Assembly: GCF_025643275.1 (NCBI RefSeq)
Contig: NZ_CP089977.1
Coordinates: forward strand, 2,040,001-2,072,000
Origin: Moraxella nasicaprae
Lineage (GTDB): Bacteria > Pseudomonadota > Gammaproteobacteria > Pseudomonadales > Moraxellaceae
Reading direction: 5' to 3'
DNA length: 32,000 nt
The notes below the pieces were generated by a model. That model was given only the letters and a program-made list of their open reading frames with translations. It ran no database searches and had not been told where the DNA came from. Below, one piece after another: positions 1-6,896 of this stretch. Position 1 is the stretch's first letter; each line of letters begins with the position of its first letter. Both the position numbers and the translations under genes were made by a program.

Positions 1-1
1 A

Positions 2-1483
2 AATGGCAAAGCAAAACCTGCCCTACAAGGCCTAGGCTATGGTAAAATAGACCCAACTCATAAAACCAGTACCACCCATTCTGCCATCACAGACCAAGCA
101 GGGCTTAGCCATATTAATACAGACAACTTCAAACAAGCAGAAGTTCAACATGAGCTTAACCAAATCATCACCAATGATTTTAATAAAGAGCAAGTGCTTA
201 AAGAGTTAAATGCTCAGGTGAATATTACTCAAGCATTTGATGCTGAACGCCGTGCCATTAGAAGTGAATTTGCTAAAAAAGCAGAAGACCATCGCAAACA
301 AGCAGAAAGGCTATCAGATGACGACCCAAGAAAGACAGAGCTTGTACAAGAGGCCCAAAAGATTGAACAAAACCTAAGACTCTTCGATGGCATCACCTCT
401 GCCTTGTATGCTCCTAATTCAAATGGTATTATAGGTGATGTGGCAAGAGCAGCAAGCCCAGAGCTTGCTTATCGGATTGGTCAAGAATTTAAAGAAAACA
501 AAGCCCTAAACCAAACAGACAATGGTAACAGACCAGAAGAGCAATCAGCCAATCATCTACTGGCTCATGCCATACTTGGTGCTGCCACAAGCTATGCCAC
601 AGGTAATGACATCGCCACAGGTGCCGTCTCTGCGGTAAGCAATGAGGCTGTCGCCCCAGTATTGTCAAATTACCTATATGGCACCAAAGAAACAAAAACA
701 CTTAGCCAAGAACAAAAAGACACCATCACAAGCATTCTAAACCTAGCCACTGCTACAACCATCTACACAGCAACTGATGGCAGCACCACTGATGCAGTAA
801 GTGGGGCTGAGATTGGGAAGGTTGGGGTGGAGTGGAATGCGGATACTATACGTCTAGATGGCAAAGATGCTCATGATAGAGTATTTGAAGCAGAAGCTAA
901 ACGATTGTTTCCTAATAATCCTGAGTTGCAGCAGCAATATATTGCTCAACAAAATAAAAAAATTGGTGAAATTAGTTTAGCAATCATAATGACCGCTGTG
1001 CCAACCGAAATTTATGAGGTTGCACCAATCGGCAAAGGGTTTGGTATTATTGCAAAGGGAAGCAAGAAAGTTGTTGGTCTTTTTAAGAGCAAAGGAGATG
1101 CTGAAAAGGTATTGGAAGGAGCCAAGAAGCAATCTAAAGCTGATAACAACATATATAGAGATGATAGTTATGGCTATACTTGGTCGCAAGGAAGACCGCG
1201 AGATTTTAATCGAAATTTAGCCACTCACTGGAATAAGCATAAGCATGAATTTCCCGAGTTTCGGTCTCAAAACGATTATTATAGATTTGCAAGAAATTTT
1301 GTTGACAATCCTCCTGCTGGAACTCTAACTAAGGTTAGAGCTAATGGAGATATGGTATTTTATCAACCGTCAACAAATACTTTTGCTATCAAGGATAAAA
1401 GTGGTAGCATTATGACGCTATTTAAACCTGATGTTACAAAACATAAGTATGCTACAAATTTGGAGTATTTTCATGCACAATAG
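2..1483 (+). CDS. cdiA: C-terminal part of a CdiA/TpsA-family (filamentous-haemagglutinin-like) contact-dependent toxin; the 5' end lies outside the window
   Basis: Frame 2 is open from base 2, with no stop before the listed GTG at 194. The translation has a pretoxin region (GNRPEEQSANHLLAHAILGAA ... GAEIGKVGVEWN) with a VENN-type boundary, VEWN, at 827-838. A ~215-aa unrelated C-terminal tip follows. A near-identical pretoxin stretch ending in canonical VENN recurs at 2946-3413. Confidence 0.85.
   Translation, partial: NGKAKPALQGLGYGKIDPTHKTSTTHSAITDQAGLSHINTDNFKQAEVQHELNQIITNDFNKEQVLKELNAQVNITQAFDAERRAIRSEFAKKAEDHRKQAERLSDDDPRKTELVQEAQKIEQNLRLFDGITSALYAPNSNGIIGDVARAASPELAYRIGQEFKENKALNQTDNGNRPEEQSANHLLAHAILGAATSYATGNDIATGAVSAVSNEAVAPVLSNYLYGTKETKTLSQEQKDTITSILNLATATTIYTATDGSTTDAVSGAEIGKVGVEWNADTIRLDGKDAHDRVFEAEAKRLFPNNPELQQQYIAQQNKKIGEISLAIIMTAVPTEIYEVAPIGKGFGIIAKGSKKVVGLFKSKGDAEKVLEGAKKQSKADNNIYRDDSYGYTWSQGRPRDFNRNLATHWNKHKHEFPEFRSQNDYYRFARNFVDNPPAGTLTKVRANGDMVFYQPSTNTFAIKDKSGSIMTLFKPDVTKHKYATNLEYFHAQ
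371..832 (+). repeat. Pretoxin-coding homology block, copy 1 (inside cdiA)
   Basis: 462 nt aligns base for base, without indels, to 2946-3407. By eye roughly nine of ten positions are identical. Similarity stops exactly at the VE of VEWN/VENN. Confidence 0.9.
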
Positions 1484-1718
1484 CAATAAATTCAATAGCT
1501 GTAAGATATGTGGTTACTATGAAAGCGGTTGGTTTCCATGGGGTGTTGATGGTAGAACGCCATCTTTTGATATTTGCCCCCAATGTAATGTGCAGTTTGG
1601 CTATGAAGATTGTAACGATGAGGCTATAAAAAGTTATAGAAAAGTTTATGAAGAGATGATTAAATATGACCAAAATAAGAAAAATTTCCATACCTATATC
1701 CATGGATGCTCTAAATAG
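1473..1718 (+). CDS. cdiI: Putative CdiI immunity protein for the resident toxin tip (81 aa, zinc-ribbon-like)
   Basis: ATG at 1473 is preceded by GGAG (1462-1465) and overlaps the cdiA stop by 11 nt. The protein has two CxxC pairs (CKIC ... CPQC). Its position directly 3' of a CdiA-CT is the canonical immunity slot. The track start at 1431 lies inside cdiA and is unlikely. Confidence 0.6.
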   Translation: MHNSNKFNSCKICGYYESGWFPWGVDGRTPSFDICPQCNVQFGYEDCNDEAIKSYRKVYEEMIKYDQNKKNFHTYIHGCSK

Positions 1719-1736
1719 ATTAAATTACAATATCTG

Positions 1737-1806
1737 CGAAACCCAATAAAATCAATGGGTTGCATAATAATGATGGGTTACGCTATCGCTAACCCAGCCT
1801 ACGGGC
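1737..1806 (-). repeat. Cassette-junction repeat, copy A (inverted orientation)
   Basis: The reverse complement of 1775-1806, gcccgtaggctgggttagcgatagcgtaaccc, matches 4874-4904 at all but one or two positions. It also matches 6439-6470 with a few mismatches. A second block (cattgattttattgggtttcg in reverse complement) matches 4924-4944. Confidence 0.85.
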
Positions 1807-2479
1807 TGAAAAGAAATGTGAAGAACATGTTCAAAAATACGATAAAATTTCTGCAGAGCAAGACGAGGACTTACGTAAAACTTGTTCAAGCAATCCAAAT
1901 AATGTTGAGTGCCATCGTATGATGGAAGAGGCTTTGGAGTATGTGGGACGGAACAGAAATCATTATGGAAAGGCAAGCGATATCCAAGATTCGACCAAAA
2001 GAGTTTTAGGCGTTGCTAACTATGCTGGGTATCATACCATCAATACTCTAGATGAAAGGGCAAATTATTTTGGAGCTATGTATGGTTATACAAAACAGCC
2101 TTGGTTTGGGGTTGCTGAGGAAGTATCGCGCATCGACTTAGTGCAGGCAGAAATAGCCGGGTTTGAAAATTGGGTAAGCGATGCTGGCAAAGTGATTATG
2201 AAAAATGGCAAGTCAGAGTTTCAATGGATATATCACAATCATCATAACGCCCCAGCAAACTGGAGTGATCAAAGACTGGTTAACGAGCAGACAGATAGAG
2301 AGTTACAAAATGTGCATCAATCATATTATCATAGATGGCATCCTGCAACCCAATTGTTATTCAATAAAAAAGTTGGCTTCACCCCTTCTAAAATAGATTC
2401 TTTTTTAGATTTTAGGAATCGTATACATAAGGGCAGGATCTTGATAAAAGAGTTTAAGCAAAAGCATGGGGTGAGATAA
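1793..2479 (+). CDS. Orphan toxin C-terminal module 1 (start-less fragment; toxin family not recognised)
   Basis: The frame opens at 1793, right after a TAA that lies inside repeat copy A. There is no credible start before ATG 1919. The N-terminal residues AEKKCEEHVQKYDKISAEQDEDLRKTCSSNPNNVEC align with the post-boundary linker of orphan 3 (CTNDACRRNTIQEYLKLSDEQQKNLEKVCVANYNALQC). The fragment is followed by an overlapping membrane immunity gene. Confidence 0.6.
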   Translation, partial: PSLRAEKKCEEHVQKYDKISAEQDEDLRKTCSSNPNNVECHRMMEEALEYVGRNRNHYGKASDIQDSTKRVLGVANYAGYHTINTLDERANYFGAMYGYTKQPWFGVAEEVSRIDLVQAEIAGFENWVSDAGKVIMKNGKSEFQWIYHNHHNAPANWSDQRLVNEQTDRELQNVHQSYYHRWHPATQLLFNKKVGFTPSKIDSFLDFRNRIHKGRILIKEFKQKHGVR

Positions 2480-2871
2480 TGAATACATATTATGCTGAAT
2501 TTACCCTGATGTTGGTATCAATAATGGTTGGATTTTTTGTTATCCAACCCTTATCCCTGTTGATTGTGTTGATGTCTTTGTATCGCTATTGGATGAACAA
2601 TAATTCGCTTGAATTAAGAATAGCGATCTATGCATTGCTCGCTATTCATGGTTATTCCTGTATACTTTTTATTTTAAATTTGGTGTTTTTTAGTGATTTT
2701 GCTCTATCCGTTTTTAATGATATTGACGGAATGGCTGAACTATTTGTCGTGTATGCCTTATCACTTGTTTGGATTTTATCTTCTTTGTTTGTTCTTGTTG
2801 GTTGGAGTGCTTTAATAACACGCAAATATTTTTTTTGCATTTTGTTGGCATTTGTCAATATTGCTTATTAG
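2479..2871 (+). CDS. Putative immunity protein, polytopic inner-membrane protein (130 aa, ~4 hydrophobic helices)
   Basis: ATG 2479 overlaps the upstream TAA (2477-2479). The sequence is hydrophobic throughout. It occupies the immunity slot after orphan tip 1. Confidence 0.6.
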   Translation: MNTYYAEFTLMLVSIMVGFFVIQPLSLLIVLMSLYRYWMNNNSLELRIAIYALLAIHGYSCILFILNLVFFSDFALSVFNDIDGMAELFVVYALSLVWILSSLFVLVGWSALITRKYFFCILLAFVNIAY

Positions 2872-2945
2872 TTTGGTTGTGGGTGTTGTTTGGTTTGTTT
2901 CTAGGGTTTAACTGAGATCGACCAATAAGGATTCAATCACATGAC

Positions 2946-3407
2946 AACCTAAGACTCTTTGACGGCATCACCTCCGCCTTGTACGCCCCTAACTCACATG
3001 GTATCATAGGTGATGCGGCAAGAGCAGCAAGCCCAGAGCTTGCCTATCGGATTGGGCAACATTTTAAAGAAAATAAACTCAAAAACGAAATTGACGGGGG
3101 TAATCGTCCAGAAGAGCAATCAGCCAATCATCTACTGGCTCATGCCATACTAGGTGCTGCGGTAAGCTACGCCACAGGTAATGACATCGCCACAGGAGCA
3201 ATATCAGGTGTAGCCAATGAGGCTGTCGCCCCAGTATTGTCAAATTACCTATATGGCACCAAAGAAACAAAAACACTCAGCCAAGACCAAAAAGACACTA
3301 TCACAAGTATTCTAAACCTAGCCACTGCGACAGCCATCTACACAGCAACTGATGGCAGCACCACTGATGCAGTGAGTGGGGCTGAGATTGGTAAAGTGGG
3401 GGTGGAG
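2946..3407 (+). repeat. Pretoxin-coding homology block, copy 2 (5' handle of orphan cassette 2)
   Basis: Direct repeat of 371-832 (see that feature). It lacks any upstream cdiA body or start codon. Confidence 0.9.
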
Positions 3408-4056
3408 AATAATAACTGGGGCGGAGAGAATTGGGCTTACAGTGTAGCTGGTGGTAAAGAGTATGCACAAAGCCAGGCATCATTGGAGGCTTATTGTGCA
3501 CAACAAGGTGGGGATTATGCAAAATGTATGGGGTGGAGCGAACCAAAACAGAGTTCTTTACCAATTCCAAAATTGCCAAAGGGAGCTGTTTCTTTGGGGG
3601 GTTAATGCTCATCTAGAAGCATTGGGCGCAGTAGTCTTAGAGGCGGGTGTTGTTGTAACAAATAACAACAATGCTGGCTTTCCTGATGCTGGTCTTTATT
3701 ATACATATTCTGGTGGAGCTGGTGTTGTTGGAGCTGGTGTTGGGTTGAATGCTAGTGCTTATTCGGAAGGACGTTCTAATTTTGATGGATACTCAAAAAG
3801 TGTTAGTTCATGCTTTCCATTAGCATGTACATCCGTTCATTTAAGTGATGATGACAAACCTAAAATTATTGGGAGTAGTGTTAGTGCTGGTGCCAAAACC
3901 CCATCAGTTTCAGTTACTCTCAATAAAACACAATCAGTTATGGTTGAAGATGTTTTTAAACTTGCTGATGCTGTTTCTAATGGTTTTAAGGATGGTGGTT
4001 ATAAACACAAAAAAGAAGAGAAGGACAAAAAAAGATGGAAAAAAATGAAAAAATAG
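2946..4056 (+). pseudogene. Orphan cdiA-CT module 2: pretoxin handle, VENN (3402-3413) and a Gly/Val-rich toxin tip, split by a frameshift in a G6 tract
   Basis: Frame 3 reads ...GAEIGKVGVENNNWGG... and stops at 3603-3605, directly after GGGGGG (3596-3601). Frame 1 continues from the same tract as GVNAHLEALGAVVLEAGVVV...GGAGVVGAGVGLNASA... to 4056. Frame 1 has no start of its own downstream of the tract. G5 or G8 would give one continuous ORF. Confidence 0.65.
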
Positions 4057-4379
4057 CGTACAACAAACTCATATCTAGAAAAAATACAATGTTATTTGCA
4101 TTTCCACCTATTGGTTTATTTGCTTGGGTTTATTTTGCTTATTTTTTCGATGTAACAAACCCAGTAATAATGATTGTGATTGGCGTGGTCATCTCAGGCT
4201 TGGCAGATGCTTGGTTTAGAAAAATCAATATATGCCCATTTTGTAAAAACCCGTTTTTTTTACAGAGAAAAGATGGTACACGAGATATTAGCTTTAACAT
4301 ATTTACACAAACCAAGTGCATTAATTGTGGTAAGCCTGACAATGGCAATAAACCCAACAAATCCAAGGATTGCATTTAA
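4035..4379 (+). CDS. Putative immunity protein for orphan tip 2 (114 aa, two TM helices plus a CxxC...CxxC zinc ribbon)
   Basis: ATG 4035 overlaps the last 22 nt of the toxin frame. Hydrophobic segments: FAFPPIGLFAWVYFAYFF and VIMIVIGVVISGLA. Cysteine pairs: CPFC ... CINC. Confidence 0.55.
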   Translation: MEKNEKIAYNKLISRKNTMLFAFPPIGLFAWVYFAYFFDVTNPVIMIVIGVVISGLADAWFRKINICPFCKNPFFLQRKDGTRDISFNIFTQTKCINCGKPDNGNKPNKSKDCI

Positions 4380-4456
4380 AATGAATGTAAGAAAATCTAA
4401 TTCAACAATTCAAATTTTTCAAAATGTAAAAGTCAATAACATCAAAGAGTTAAGGA

Positions 4457-4870
4457 ATGGTTTGGTTTATTCAATATATATTTAAATTTTATTTAAAATT
4501 ATTTTTTTGCATTCTAGCAGCTATATTTTTATTATACGCATTTATAGCCAAAGAAACAGCATATTATTACTGCAACAATTCTTGCATAACGATAATAGCA
4601 CATCAGAAGGGTAATGGTCTATTTTTTAGGGTATATGACGGTATTATGCTTAGCAAATATTCGTATTTATTTTTTTCTTATGCTGAATACCCTCCTGAGA
4701 CATACATATATATAAAAAAAGAAAAAATCAACGGTAAAATCGTTGTAGAAAATTTCACAAAACCAATCCAGTATAAGGGAATATTGGATAATGTAGACTT
4801 TTATATATCATCTTACGATAGTGATGAAATAAGGTATATGGATCTAAGATATTTGCATTTGATTTTTTAA
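4457..4870 (+). CDS. Hypothetical N-terminally membrane-anchored protein; possible extra orphan immunity gene
   Basis: 137-aa ORF in the very AT-rich cassette region with an N-terminal hydrophobic helix (LFFCILAAIFLLYAFI). No toxin gene lies directly upstream. It ends 2 nt before repeat copy B. The start codon is uncertain. Confidence 0.4.
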   Translation: MVWFIQYIFKFYLKLFFCILAAIFLLYAFIAKETAYYYCNNSCITIIAHQKGNGLFFRVYDGIMLSKYSYLFFSYAEYPPETYIYIKKEKINGKIVVENFTKPIQYKGILDNVDFYISSYDSDEIRYMDLRYLHLIF

Positions 4871-4872
4871 TT

Positions 4873-4944
4873 GGCCCGTAGGCTGGGTTAGCGACAGCGT
4901 AACCTAGGTACTATGATGTAACTCATTGATTTTGTTGGGTTTCG
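4873..4944 (+). repeat. Cassette-junction repeat, copy B
   Basis: ggcccgtaggctgggttagcgacagcgtaacc, then a variable middle, then cattgattttgttgggtttcg. Both blocks match copy A in reverse complement. Confidence 0.85.
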
Positions 4945-5951
4945 TTATCACTATGACCACAGGCACTATCAAAGGAGCAATATCAGCAGGCACAACCGCC
5001 TATACCATTCCAAAGATTGATGAATACCTAAAAGAACAAGGCTTTGATGAAACCACCAGACAAACCGCCTTACTTACCTTATCAGCAGGCATTGGTGCGA
5101 CTGTTGGTGGCGATACCACTGCCAATAATGCTGGACAGGTGCAGTGGAATTATTTACTCCATAGCCAAATGGATTCTTGGGAAAAAGCGTTGGCTAAATG
5201 CACGAATGATGCTTGCAGAAGAAATACCATTCAAGAGTATTTAAAGCTTTCAGATGAACAACAAAAAAATCTTGAGAAAGTTTGTGTTGCCAATTACAAT
5301 GCCTTACAATGTGAGAGTTTGAGACAAAAGTATTTTTCGCTTGATGAAACTTTAACGGACACCAATCCTAGCAAACTGGGTGGTATAAACATAGATCAGC
5401 AGAATAAAGAGGCTGAGGCTGTTTGGATAGACATTGCTCGAAGTAATCCAAATACTTCGTCGGTAAATCAACTGGGTTGGATGGTGCACGACAACGGAGG
5501 GTTTGGTGGTCGTAGTGGTGGTGCGGTTGGTGCTGTGGCTGTGGGCAGCGGGAGAAAAAGCGTCAATCCCAGCAGGTCTAATAGCCAGAACCAAAGAGAT
5601 TTAGACCCTGTTTTAAAAAACGGTTATATTTTTAAACATGGGGTGGATATCGATCTAAGAAATACAGGCAAAACTCAAAAAGATGCTTTGGATTTGGCAT
5701 TCCAAAAAACCGGGGTTAGTCGTTCTGAGTTCTCTGTTACTAAATGGGCAAAAGGTAAGAATGGTAAAAGTTTTCCAGTAGAATATCGGGTTTTGTCTGA
5801 AAAAAACAGAGGTGCGGAGGTCAATATAGACATAGGACATACTAAACAGGGAACACTAGGTTCTCCACATATTGGATGGCAAACTCCGGGAAAAAACAAC
5901 ATAGTTGGTCACATTTTTGTGGACAAAGTTGATGTGCATAGAGTGAGGTAA
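4926..5951 (+). CDS. Orphan toxin C-terminal module 3 (different pretoxin lineage; boundary motif VQWNYL; toxin family not recognised)
   Basis: The frame opens at 4917 inside repeat copy B, so the first ~7 codons are repeat-encoded. The translation reads ...LSAGIGATVGGDTTANNAGQVQWNYLLHSQ... (a VENN-type boundary variant). A Cys-containing linker, a Gly-rich spacer and a ~110-aa C-terminal domain (..IGHTKQGTLGSPHIGWQTPGKNNIVGHIFVDKV..) follow. Confidence 0.6.
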   Translation: MILLGFVITMTTGTIKGAISAGTTAYTIPKIDEYLKEQGFDETTRQTALLTLSAGIGATVGGDTTANNAGQVQWNYLLHSQMDSWEKALAKCTNDACRRNTIQEYLKLSDEQQKNLEKVCVANYNALQCESLRQKYFSLDETLTDTNPSKLGGINIDQQNKEAEAVWIDIARSNPNTSSVNQLGWMVHDNGGFGGRSGGAVGAVAVGSGRKSVNPSRSNSQNQRDLDPVLKNGYIFKHGVDIDLRNTGKTQKDALDLAFQKTGVSRSEFSVTKWAKGKNGKSFPVEYRVLSEKNRGAEVNIDIGHTKQGTLGSPHIGWQTPGKNNIVGHIFVDKVDVHRVR

Positions 5952-5954
5952 TTT

Positions 5955-6451
5955 ATGAGTAATAAACCTTATTTTGTTGAAGATTTTTTTGAGGTACTGT
6001 TGGAAAAAACATATCTCAATATTCAATACTATCATCTAGGGATAGAAAAACTTTTTTTGAGCTGGTATTGAATAAATTTTTTAAAAGAAAGAATTTTTCA
6101 GATGACTTGTGGGAATATGTAATTGATGATCATACAGTCATACATCTACCCTGTATTGCTAAAAACAGATCATTTTTCTTAGAAAGACTTTCCTTTAGTC
6201 AATCAGTTTATTTTTTCTTTGAACCTTTGGAATATGATGAAGTGCTACACTTTTCCAATTTAAATGATTTGGTGGCTATTTTATCTAATTGCTATAACTT
6301 TAATTTTTATATTATTACTGATGATTTATCAAGCTGTGTGATTTGGGAAAGATATGAATTCTTAATCGGTCTTGGCCAATGTCAAGAGCAAATTGAAATA
6401 ATAGGGAGGGAGTGGCAGGCTTTTTGTGGGGCAAATAGCCCGCAGGCTTAG
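5955..6451 (+). pseudogene. Putative immunity gene for orphan tip 3, interrupted at a T7 tract
   Basis: ATG 5955 lies 4 nt after the toxin stop and has an upstream GAGG. This frame stops at 6069-6071. The 127-aa ORF 6068-6451 contains no ATG at all (the track start is TTG) and is open upstream to 5993. One extra T in TTTTTTT (6052-6058) would fuse the two into a ~165-aa ORF. Confidence 0.5.
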
Positions 6452-6496
6452 ATTAGCGACAGCGTAACCCATTGAATTGTTTGATTTTGATTTGTT
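6438..6496 (+). repeat. Cassette-junction repeat, copy C (more diverged; middle block missing)
   Basis: gcccgcaggcttagattagcgacagcgtaaccc, followed by a cattga...tgatttt-like remnant. It overlaps the last codons of the upstream ORF. Confidence 0.7.
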
Positions 6497-6524
6497 AAAC
6501 CTCCAAATCCCATAACCCAGCATT

Positions 6525-6686
6525 ATGAAGCCTTACACCATTAAGCTGGCGATTGAAAAATTCTGGTATGAACTATTCGGTTACGACTTCTCAAAACTCA
6601 CAGAATGGGAAGCAAGGTTCATCATCAACAGTCGTAAGAGAGCTGACGAAGTCCGAGATACAATCCTTGCGACAAAGCAAAATTGA
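6525..6686 (+). CDS. Small hypothetical ORF (53 aa), possibly a gene remnant
   Basis: ATG 6525 to TGA 6684-6686 (MKPYTIKLAIEKFWYELFGYDFSKLTEWEARFIINSRKRADEVRDTILATKQN). No convincing RBS. A terminator follows. Confidence 0.25.
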   Translation: MKPYTIKLAIEKFWYELFGYDFSKLTEWEARFIINSRKRADEVRDTILATKQN

Positions 6687-6734
6687 TGCTCATAAACAGA
6701 TGTCTATGATGCCATTAAACTAGCTTAAATATAT

Positions 6735-6764
6735 AAAAACCACGCTTATTTAGCGTGGTTTTTC
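6735..6764. terminator. Bidirectional rho-independent terminator between the plus-strand toxin array and minus-strand tpsB
   Basis: aaaaaccacgct / tattt / agcgtggttttt. Perfect 12-bp stem flanked by an A-run and a T-run. Confidence 0.75.
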
Positions 6765-6896
6765 TTGGCCTATCTTTTATTCATACTCCTTAGGTATCTG
6801 TACATACATCATATCAAAATCAAACCAACCCGATACCACATATTGCTGCCAATTTGGCATATGAATCTACCAATAAACCACACCATACAACCATCT

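Noticed and set aside
3451-3605. ATG-initiated N-terminal part of track ORF 3451-4056 as an independent gene start
   Set aside because: This stretch is the out-of-frame reading of the VENN-containing toxin frame. Only the part after the G6 tract looks like real coding sequence, which is better explained by a frameshift.
489-3612. Short ORFs overlapping cdiA and orphan 2 in other frames or on the other strand (489-701, 977-1189, 1014-1220, 3079-3276, 3301-3612)
   Set aside because: These are shadow frames of sequences with clear CdiA pretoxin homology.
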